From assembly GCA_010093605.1 (NCBI GenBank), contig MU004190.1, forward strand, positions 1,488,109 through 1,508,108: DNA of 20,000 nucleotides, given 5' to 3'. A model generated the notes under the pieces. It saw nothing but the letters and a program-made list of their open reading frames with translations, was not told the DNA's origin and ran no database searches. The position numbers and the translations under genes are program-made. Of the stretch, positions 1 through 9,279 are shown piece after piece; position 1 is the first letter of the stretch; the number at the start of each line of letters is the position of its first letter. Origin of the DNA: Lophium mytilinum. Lineage: Eukaryota.

Positions 1-2107
1 CGCTGCTCCCTCTTCGCCACTGCCAACGATAAGGGAGACCAATGTGGTCTTCCCCGAGCCATTGAGTCCTGCAAGCCCTACTCTCTCACCAGGGTGAATA
101 GTCAGATCAATGTCTACTAACACTGGGGCCGCTGGAACCTTTTTCCGTCCTGGGTATGAGAACGACACCTTCTCGAGCGACACTACAGCCCCAGGAAATC
201 GCAGATCGGGCGGCGTCGCGACCAAGGAAATCTTGACTGCAGGATCGAAGTCCGGCACTTCGATTTCCCCACGCGCGGAAGTGTGGTAGCCACCGCGGTC
301 GCGATTGAGCTTGAAGCGTGTGCCTTTCGCGCTGACTTCCATTCCGGTTCGTTCATCCAGCTTCTTTTGCCGCGATGCCGCCTGCTTCATTCTCTTATCG
401 TCTCCCGTCTTCTTTGCCGCTTTCACATTCTCGGTGATACTCTGTTGCGTGCTTTTCTTCTGGCGATCAATAGCATCTTTCATTTTTGTCAAGTATCTTG
501 CCTTCTTGTGACGCTCTTTCTCATAATAAGAGAGATGTCCTTTGAAGCGCTCTAACGTGAGATTTCGAAGAACGAGCAGCTCTTCCGCAGCCGCGTCGGC
601 AAAATCTCGATCGTGAGTGACGACAACAACTGTCGTATGCTCCAGTGTCCGGACGTAGTCTTGAAGCCAGATAATGGAGGGCAAGTCCAAGAAGTTGGTA
701 GGTTCATCGAGAAGTAGAACGTCGGCGTATTGGCACAATGCGCAAGCCAAATCACAGCGGGTTTTCCATCCGCCGGAAAGTTGAGAAAATGGGTTGCTTA
801 TCCTCTCCGAAGAGAATCCCAAGCCTAGCAGTACCGCCTTGGCTTTTGTTTCTGCTTCCGAAGCGTCCATCTGCTCAAGTTAGTGAACTGACTATGCAAG
901 CAGATGCAGACACCGACTTACGAGCTCGAGGGAGGAGTGGACCCCGGCAAGCATGTCCGCAGCTGCTTGGGTTTCCTCGCTCATCTTTGCTGAATCTATT
1001 TCGGTATCTTGCTCGTTCACCCTGTCTGGGTCAGTACTTGATGATCCCCCAGAACCCTTCCACAGAGGCTTACAGTATCTGCGAGTGCGCCAGCTTGTCT
1101 TCCAAATCAAGAAGGATCTTTTTGGCCTTTGCACCCCGAGCGCCACTTCGTCGAGCGGAAACCTGCCGAGCCTCATCCACGTTTTCTAAAAGACGCTCAT
1201 GGCTGATCTGCCGATACGCTCGCACAGAGGCCATTGAGTCGCTTGTATGCTCCACCGCGGCAGAGAGTACTAAGACTGATATCAGCTCAAGTTTCCATAC
1301 TAGCCAAGGAAGCGGACTTACTTCGAGCCTCGCGAAGAAGCCGCTCTCGCGTTCGATTACTACGAATAACATGTTCTAGCACGGTCTCGCTTTGAAGCTT
1401 CAGATTCTCCAATTCATCGTCAAGAGTCAAACGAGTCTGACCGAGAAGGAGAACGCGAATGCTCCATGGAATGCCAGGGACTTGGCCTTCCGCAATGGCT
1501 TTCAGCAACGCTTTTGGTTTCGTCAGTGACCTGCAATGTCTCCATCAAAAGCGAGATAGACCAACTTGACTTCCCAGTGCCATTACGACCCACTAGAACA
1601 TAGTGCTTTCCCTCCTGCAGATGCAGCTCGGCATGTGACAGAAGTTCTCGCTGGGAGACGCTGATGCTGAGGTCCTTTACCAGGATCTACCCGATTGAGA
1701 TATAGTCAGCATGGAGTTTCAAGCTCATGGGCCACAGAGCCACGCTGGGCATAGAAAAGGTGGCACACTCATCAAGATCTGTCTTTTGCGGTCGTGTTTA
1801 CGCCTATCTGCCACTGCTTGGAGTGCTTTAACAAGTTTCCAGGTAGCCCAAAGCTAAGAGGTTCTACCTCTTTTACATTTTCAAAAAATGTATTGAAGCA
1901 CCCCAAACAGCGGCAGGCAAGTGTATAGGAGGCAGAATGCAATTTGAGTGTGCCCACTTTTTCATGCCCCGCGTGAGAGCTTACCTCTTTCGATGTCGGC
2001 GTATCGACAGCGTCATTGTAAAAGCGACTTTGCTGAGCCGTGACTGTTAAAGCCTGCGAGGCTGCCCCAGAATCTGCGGATGCCGGCTCTTTTCCTTTCC
2101 TGACCAT
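1..2107 (-). CDS. ABC-F family soluble twin ABC ATPase (GCN20/ARB1-related paralogue), 3'-truncated by the window edge
   Basis: Exons 2107-1985, 1686-1566, 1510-1322, 1269-1074, 1021-922 and 870-<1 splice in frame via GT..AG introns of 298, 55, 52, 52 and 51 nt with CTGAC/CTAAC/CTGAT branch sites (533 codons in window). Motifs: Walker A1 GRNGTGKST, signature LSGGW, Walker B LLLDEPTNFLD, H-loop VVTHDRDF, a charged helical linker, and Walker A2 GLNGSGKTT. No transmembrane segments. Confidence 0.93.
1741..1975. mobile_element. 235-bp non-autonomous fold-back DNA transposon (MITE) in ABC-F intron 1; CAC...GTG termini, 5-bp TSD
   Basis: Imperfect terminal inverted repeats at 1741-1771 (CACGCTGGGCATAGAAAAGGTGGCACACTCA) and 1945-1975 (reverse complement CACGCGGGGCATGAAAAAGTGGGCACACTCA). 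An inner inverted pair at 1799-1833/1891-1925 is 26/35 identical. AGAGC is directly repeated at 1736-1740 and 1976-1980. Removing the element plus one TSD copy leaves a normal 58-nt intron. Confidence 0.8.
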
Positions 2108-2179
2108 TACGAAACGAGAATTCGACTAGGTTTGTTTACATCGGCACGATGTGTTTTCTTTATCTTAGGACGTGAGAAG

Positions 2180-2580
2180 GAAAGATATATACGAAAGCTG
2201 CTAAAGGGCCGACAGCGTTCGGCATGCCGACTTGGCATGCAGATGGACACGCGGGGCAGAACGTGGAACACAAGCTGGTGAGTCAACTCCAGATTCACAG
2301 ACTACGCCTCAAATGCAGCGTTCCGAGTTGCATGCGTGGCATTGGATACGAGTCGTGACGCAATCTCTAGAAAAGGGTATGTGACTCAGGCTCCGGTCAC
2401 TCGTCACGAAGCGAAGTTTGCGGATGACTCCCAGATTGCACAGCACGCAAATATACTAGTAGGAATATGAGCCTGTTCATTTAGTTCTGTTCTGAGTCAT
2501 TTCTCTATTTGATCTTCAATTTGAGTTGTAGGCTTCAGATCTGACTTTGACACGACCACTGAGTAAAAGTCACGTGAGAA
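2180..2580 (-). promoter_or_regulatory. ABC-F upstream region with clustered Gcn4/CpcA (AP-1-type) TGASTCA sites
   Basis: TGAGTCA 2279-2285, TGACTCA 2382-2388, TGAGTCA 2493-2499; near matches TGACTC 2425-2430 and TGAGTAA 2560-2566; E-box GTCACGTG 2569-2576; TATA-like TATATAT on the minus strand at 2191-2185, ~80 nt above the ATG. Confidence 0.55.
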
Positions 2581-2618
2581 ATCCCGTAGATGGTTCTGAA
2601 GCCCAGAGTATGCCTGAG

Positions 2619-4580
2619 CTACCGCATACGTTGTGTAAGACTTGATAATTCTGAAAAGAATTTCGAGATTGCAGTACTGTATTGCTCTCGCCCCTCAATG
2701 GCTGATCCGACATGTTCAGATATTGCCAACATCTTCTCTTCTTCGAGCCTCCGGCCAACAAGCTGCAGGGAGACGTGTGCGCCATCGTAGATTTCAGGGT
2801 CGTCTAGACACAGTCAGCATCCTAGTCACTACTTCCTAAGCCCAACTCACAGCTCTCATAGCACGCTCTGTCTATTCCATTCCCGGGAACAAAGCTTGAA
2901 TCAATCTTATCGACGTGCTTATTGACCGTAGTGACTGGCACAACCACTGCAGTATAGTCCAGAAGATTGACAAAGGTAGTGTATCCGTAATAGTGATACT
3001 TTCCGGGGCGGGCGGCCGGAAAAGGAGCCACAGGGGATATCACAGCATCGATGGGTCTTCCTGTACCTGTAAGCTCTTCGGTGCTGTTCCAATATTCCAT
3101 GTATTCTTTGCGTAGCTCTCGGATCGTTACGTTCACGGCGGCAATGTCTGATGCTTTGACTTGTTCAACGGGCTTGTCGCCGTATACCGCGATCTGCGGT
3201 ATGGGAGGCTCTCCGGAAAGCCCCAAGGCGCCATGGACATCTTCACCACCGTCAAATACCCAGGTTTTACCCTATCGAAGTCAGTGCTCTATCTGTTTGT
3301 GTAGTGCCAGTAACCTACTCCGACGTCGACAATGCGTTGGTGTGAAGGGGGTTTCCACTCGATGATCTACCGCCCATAAAGTTAGCAGTGCAGTTCCGAA
3401 CGAACTTTCTAGGACCTTACCTCATGTCCTAAGTCTACCAAAGACTTCTTGACTATTTCCAGCGCCCTAAGAACAGGAGGACTAGGAGCGACCACTCCGT
3501 CATGTTTAAGTAGTCCGAATGCCAGTTTCCCAACCTTCGAAGCATCTCCAATGCCGCCAGTCAATTCGAGTATCTTGCGTTCTTGCTCATACCGCCATGG
3601 AATCTCATGGACCAAAGGATCATGGAGCCACGGTTCCTGGCTCAACAGACCCTTCATCACCAGTCGCAGAGATGATACACTCGTCGCTAGTGGCCCGACC
3701 ACCGATAGAATAGAGTTCTGGCCATCCATCGAATTTGCCATGCCTTCGTAGGGCATTCGTCCAGTCGAGGGTCTGATGCCATATAGACCACAGAAGGCAG
3801 CCGGAATCCGGATCGAGCCACCAATATCGGTCCCAAAGCCGACCGGCGAGCCCTTGAGCCCGATTAGTGCCCCTTCTCCACCCGAGCTACCTCCACAGGC
3901 GAGGTACCTGTTCTTCGGGTTTGTGGTATAACCAATGATGTTATTGGCCGTCTCCCCGGCCATCAGGGTGTGTGGAACACTGGTTTTGCAGAACAGGATG
4001 GCGCCCAAGTTTCGTAGTTCCCGTACCATCTCGCTCTCGAAGATTTTCTCTTTGCCAGTCCCTGTCTTGCCTTGGAAGGTGCCTATCCATCCAACATATC
4101 CCATCGTCGTCTCGACACCTTTGACGTGGAACTGATCTTTCAAGCTGACTGGTAAGCCATGAAGCGGCCCGATCGGCTTCTTGTGCTCGGCGAAGTAGTC
4201 ATCAAGTTTCTTTGCATCTTGAATCGCGGCATCGAAGAAGATCTCATGGAGGCAGTTTACCTGACATAGTTAGCGGACGAATCGGATACCAGGACTCGGG
4301 ATTAGAGTACGAGCTGATGAGCAATCGCGGCCCGGTGGCAGAAGGCTTTCGTGACCTCGACTGCACTCCAAAGCCCGCGAACTGTCCGCTTGACTATGTC
4401 GTCTGCGGTTGTCTCCGTGATCTCTATTTCTCGGTCTGTGAGGAACTGCTGGATATAGTTCCCAGTGACATCGCGTTGTTCTTCCACGCTGGGAATCTTC
4501 TCGAGGAGGTGTTCTTTTGGGATCAGAGCGCTGACAGAGTCCCGTTTTTCTTGGGCGCGTTGCTTCCAGTCTGTGGCCAT
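2619..4580 (-). CDS. Amidase-signature family amidase (acetamidase/general amidase-like), 587 aa
   Basis: Exons 4580-4311, 4260-3421, 3366-3319, 3271-2851 and 2803-2619 total 1764 nt, in frame, ending in TAG. Ser-cisSer-Lys triad motifs are intact: GPLHGLPVSLKD (Lys), GGSSGGEGAL and GTDIGGSIRIPA; C-terminal LQLVGRRLEEEK. Confidence 0.95.
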
Positions 4581-4740
4581 GGCTGTAGGCTTACAGTCAA
4601 GGATATCCGCAAGAGTGGTGTATATGAAATGGGACGCGAGCTGACGAATGGGTTCAGGTCGAGCTTATTCGGACTCGACAGGTCAACAGAAATGGTTTGG
4701 ATGGCCTGCCCTAGACGTAACGTTCCAATCGCCTTGCCTG

Positions 4741-4747
4741 TGACTCA
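4741..4747. promoter_or_regulatory. Single perfect TGACTCA (Gcn4/CpcA-type) site ~160 nt upstream of the amidase ATG
   Basis: Exact 7-mer match; a single site, so it could be chance. Confidence 0.3.
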
Positions 4748-5872
4748 CTCGTACAGAGCTCCTACCTTTGAGTACTGAGACTCTGCGGGGCATTGAAGCT
4801 GTGTTTGACCGTGGGTCCGTGCTATCGACGGGCGATAAAAGCTACTTTCCTAAAAGGTCGTAGTGTCTGTCGGCAGTTTTGCCCCGATGAGTCCCTATGT
4901 GTTTCCCTCTCTCGTAAAGAAATTCCATCGTAGGGAAGCGAGACATTATCTTTCCCTCAACGTCCATCTCATCATAGCATAGATACACCATGTAAGCAAG
5001 ATTCTGCTGTTTCGATGGGTTTTGTTACCGTTTCCACCGCGGTATTGACCGCTGGGTCGGCGACGGCTTAATCTACAACGCGCAGCCCGTGAAGTCATGC
5101 TCGACAGCTCACTGGTCAACTTGGAAACCTTCAAGCCTGTTGCTTTTATCAAGGTACTCTCCTATCACTATCGACCGATTTTGCGTGTCGTTTAAAGTTC
5201 TTGCGAAAAGCTCTGGTTTCACATCATCGATCTCAATGACGTAGTTACAAGTCGCACTGGGTTACTTCCCCATCATGTCTCAAAGCGTTAGTAGTTGAAC
5301 GAAGAGGTCTCTGTAGATGTTAAGATAACCTTAAGCTGTTTACTTGCTTGAGTATGGCAAGATGCCCAGTAGTCCCGCCTAGGAGGCTTGCAGGGCACAG
5401 TAACTCCAAGGCCATCAAGGCGTGAAGACAACGCAATTGGGTACTACAGTCGGTAATATCTTACTTAGGGTATCGCGTATAGTTGTTACGCTGCGATCTT
5501 TTGATTCTCCCAATAGAACCCCGCAGCGCACCTGCTTGTCTTTCTCCGTCAGATATATGCTCCCCAACCACAATTCTTTCATAACTATAGCCCCGCACTA
5601 TCGCCGTATGCTTACCTGTTCCCTCTGAATCATTCATTGGTGGGGGCAGTGACCTACTCTGAGCTCGGCTCCTCGTAGGATGTGGGGTAACGTATCGATA
5701 TAAACTTACCGAATCAGCAATATCTGACACGAAACCCAGAACACTGCACATCCGAAAGCTCCACTAGTACTACTCTATAATTAAAACAAGTGCTGCTGTC
5801 TACGGCTCTTTGATAAAACATACTTGGTTCTATCTAGTCGTTAAAGACGCAACTGTTTAGCAGCAAAACGGA

Positions 5873-8163
5873 ATGTCTTCCACCGTAACTCTTACTGCAT
5901 CAACACCGACCATTGCTCCATTCAGCGAAATCAAAAACGCTCAGACACACAATACCAAGAGTCAATTCAATGCGACCGGTGAAAGCAAGAAGCCATCCTG
6001 GTCTTTAGACAAGAATGGCAGATTTGCTGATTGCCCGGGTGGTCTGTTTGATTTCACTCCCTGATTTGAACGTAGCTGATCCGTGTCTAGACATCAGTGA
6101 ATTCCTAATACCCGACCACGCAGGCGCCAGCACTACAACAAACGCACTCCAGTGGAGAGCAAAGAAAACTTACGCTGCTATCGCTGCGTTGGGCCTCACA
6201 TTGTTCTATGGGTCAGAAAACCCAAAGCTGCGAACCGCTGGAATAAGCTTGCTCTTTCCTGGCGCAGGATACCTTGCCGTTGGCGGTGTCCTTGGGTACA
6301 GCGGCTTTCTTATTACGGCGGCTCTTTTTCCACTTTGCATGGTGGCTTGGTTTGGTGCTGGTGGATTGGCATTTCCGCTTGCTGACTGGATTTTCTCCGG
6401 GCTCATTGCGACTTATTTTGCAGGGCCCCAGCTTGTCGAGTCCTCCGCCGTTACGACGCTGGGTCTCGTTGGAGTCGTTTATACGTATTTGGCCACACGA
6501 TCCAGCTGTGAAGAGGCCGCTGAAGTTGAAAAGAAAGCTCGACGAAATGACCTTCTCCATAAAGCAAACAAGAAATGGGAAGTCGAGACCACCATGGCTG
6601 GTCCCCCCGGATCTCGAGAGTTGACACTGGACCAGCTTCGTTTCCTGCAATGGATCCTGGAGCTTGCGATGCAAGACCATGACGACTATTCCAACATGAC
6701 TAATATCGACCAGTTCCAGCCTGCTGCGTTTCGCTACCAGCTCTACGAATTTGTAAATTGCCTGGGGACTTACCAATGCCACTATGCTCCAAATTTTCAT
6801 GGATACCTATCGGCCGCTCAGCGGAATGCGATCGAGAAGTCTATCACTCCCAAGGTACTTGGGTTCTGGCGATGGGAGAGTCTTTGGGGAAAGTTTACCA
6901 CCGTAAGTCAGCTGCTGCTCCTCTCTGCACGAGACGTTCTAAGTAGTATGAGAATTACGACCCGGTCATCAAAGATAACATTATGGTAACCGGGTTTCTG
7001 GCTCTCGCAATTGGCCTTTACCAGCGAAATACTGGAGACACACGCTATTCAAAGCAGAAGGCGCTAGACATGAAAATCACGGACCAGAAGTCCTACAAGC
7101 ATGACTATCACTCACTGTACAAAGCTCTTATCAACAATTGGTCTGAAAGCAAGTTTGTCTTGTATCCGTGCGAGGTGAGTCTAAAAACATCCATCATCCA
7201 TGCCGCCACAGTGTTCTAATGGAGATACAGCCAAATTGGATATATAGCATGTGTAACTTGGAATCTTACGCCGGGGCTACAGTGTATGAAGACATATACC
7301 CAACTGAAAGAAGCCAGCAGTTTCTCCAAGACTTTTACCGGCATTTCGAAGAAGACTTCTTCACCCAAGGTGGATCTTGCATACCAATCAAGAGCGCGAT
7401 AACAGGATTCACGATTCCTGGTCTCTGTGGAAGCATGGCAGACACTTCCAATAGCCTGTTTTGCTCCCCTTTCATGCCGACGCTCGCGAAACGGATCTGG
7501 CTCATCACGAAAGAGGAAAATGTACGTTTCGATCAGGACGGAAAGATTGATATCATCAACCTCAAAGGCGCCGATGTCATAGACGGCGGAAACTATGAGA
7601 AGAACTCCCGTGGCCCTCTGGGTGTGTTTGCGATTACAGCCGCCGAGTGGGGCGACAAGAAGGTATCGGAGGCCTGCTTGAAACGAATTGACGAGGAGTT
7701 TGCGCCTGTCGAAGTCACCCCGAAGACTGGATCTAAGAGGAACAAAGGAATGGGGACTACCACATCTGGCATGCTGACGAGAGCTCGTTTCATGGATGGG
7801 GGAGATTGGGCCAGCCTCGTCAGACACGGACCTGCAAAGACCGCTCTTGCCGGTCCTGTGCTTGATTCAGCACCGTACCCGCAAGTATTGGTTGCGAAGG
7901 CGTTCTCGCACACTTCTAAGGTAGCTTACTCGTCGCTCAACCTAAGAGCATCAAATTGACAGCCATCCCAGGATCTTGAGCTTGTGCTCTACAACGGCAA
8001 AGAAGAGGGCGTTTTCCAGCTCGGATTAACGAAGCTGCAGCCAGGCGTTACATACACCGGGCTGCCTGGACAGACCATTACCGCTGACGGTGCTGGAAAC
8101 GCTGAGTTGTCTGTCGCTCTCAATGGGCGAACACGCATCCACTTGCAGCCCATTGCTCAGTGA
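5873..8163 (+). CDS. Linalool dehydratase/isomerase (LDI)-family protein with N-terminal membrane anchor, ~693 aa
   Basis: Exons 5873-6038, 6091-6902, 6953(or 6947)-7174, 7231-7920 and 7972-8163 join in frame to TGA. Motifs FRYQL, YDPVIKDNIMVTGF..GLY...TGD.RY and YPCEPNWIYSMCN correspond to bacterial LinD motifs as I recall them (DPIEKENIMYKGH..GLY...TG..RY; CEPDNYFVQCN). Several hydrophobic segments are encoded at ~6170-6495. Confidence 0.85.
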
Positions 8164-9279
8164 TTGGGATCAGGGGCCAATCAATGGGGATAGAAATGAG
8201 GGGAATGGTTCTTGTTGATAGTTTGCCGCGCCGAGGGTAGTTTTTGATGGTAGTTGCTGCGTGTACAATTGCTGATGGCACTGAGATTTGCCCCTCTTTT
8301 CGCGCATCTCAATACGAGTAGTGTGCACCCCTGGATAAACTCTCAGTGAGGCTTGCATGACTCGAGTAGAATAGGTAGTTCACCCCACAAATATCCCAGT
8401 TGCGCCACAATTTCCCCACACTCCGGAATATACTGAGGACCTGATGGAGAAATAGTAACATAGCCCCCGTACCCAGCTAAGTAACTCGAGTATCCCATGT
8501 TCGGGTGCTTACACAGCTCTAATGCTTCGCACATACCTTTTGCACCCCTATAGTAAAGCAGTGTAATATTTCTAATTACGTAATATAAGAATTTTAAAAA
8601 TAATAGATATTAATTCTATATAGAAATCTAGCTAGGCTATATATATTAGAGAGGCCTATATAGGCCTTAATTATACTAGATCTATATAGAAAAGTATTTC
8701 TATAGTAGATCTATATATTATATATATAATATCTAAATATTAACTATATATTAAGAATTCTATATTTTCTTCTTCTAGATTTAATTTACTATTAAATTAT
8801 ATTTATAATAGTATATTATGCTTACTACTTTACGCTATATATTATTAGTATATTAGGCTATTAGCTTCTTTAGAAGCTTTAAAGCTTCTAGAGGTATATA
8901 ATACTATAAAAAGTATATTAGTAGGTAGTAATATTATAGTAATATTACCTAAGAGGGGTTTAGAATTCTTTAGAGGTCTACTACTATATTAGTAGGGGAT
9001 AATAAAGGTATTAGAATATTTAATAGCTTAATAGTAAGAAAGAATTAGAAGAGATTATAAAGTATTTATAATAGAGGGAATTATAAAGTAATATAAATAT
9101 TAGCATGCTAGCGTATATTAGGTTCTAATATATAATTAAAGCTATAATAGCTAATAATAGGCTTATTAGAAATCTTATAAAGTTTCTTATAATCTAGTAA
9201 GAAGCTTATAATATTATATAGATTTAAGAAGCTATTAGTATATTATAGAGTAGTAAGTAGTAATTTAAAAGTAATAAAT

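Noticed and set aside
283..1379. Plus-strand ORFs such as 283-555 and 738-1379 (213 aa)
   Set aside because: Antisense shadows of the spliced ABC-F gene with no recognisable motifs.
1687..1984. Intron-encoded snoRNA explaining the long intron
   Set aside because: No convincing terminal C/D or H/ACA arrangement; the TIRs plus TSD account for the extra length exactly.
1772..2107. 111-aa ORF as a standalone small protein
   Set aside because: It is ABC-F exon 1 read through the GTAAG donor at 1984 into intron 1.
2590..4778. Plus-strand ORFs over the amidase, including 4212-4778 (188 aa)
   Set aside because: Antisense to a well-supported gene.
4946..5751. Short ORFs in the divergent intergenic region
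   Set aside because: Short, mostly non-ATG starts, no motifs or convincing splice structure.
6206..7913. Minus-strand ORFs 6213-6800 and 7216-7827
   Set aside because: Antisense shadows of the LDI-like gene.
8170..8534. Two ~62-aa minus-strand ORFs and a possible GTATGT..CAG intron next to the RIP boundary
   Set aside because: No recognisable protein and no coherent gene model; cannot be supported without transcript data.
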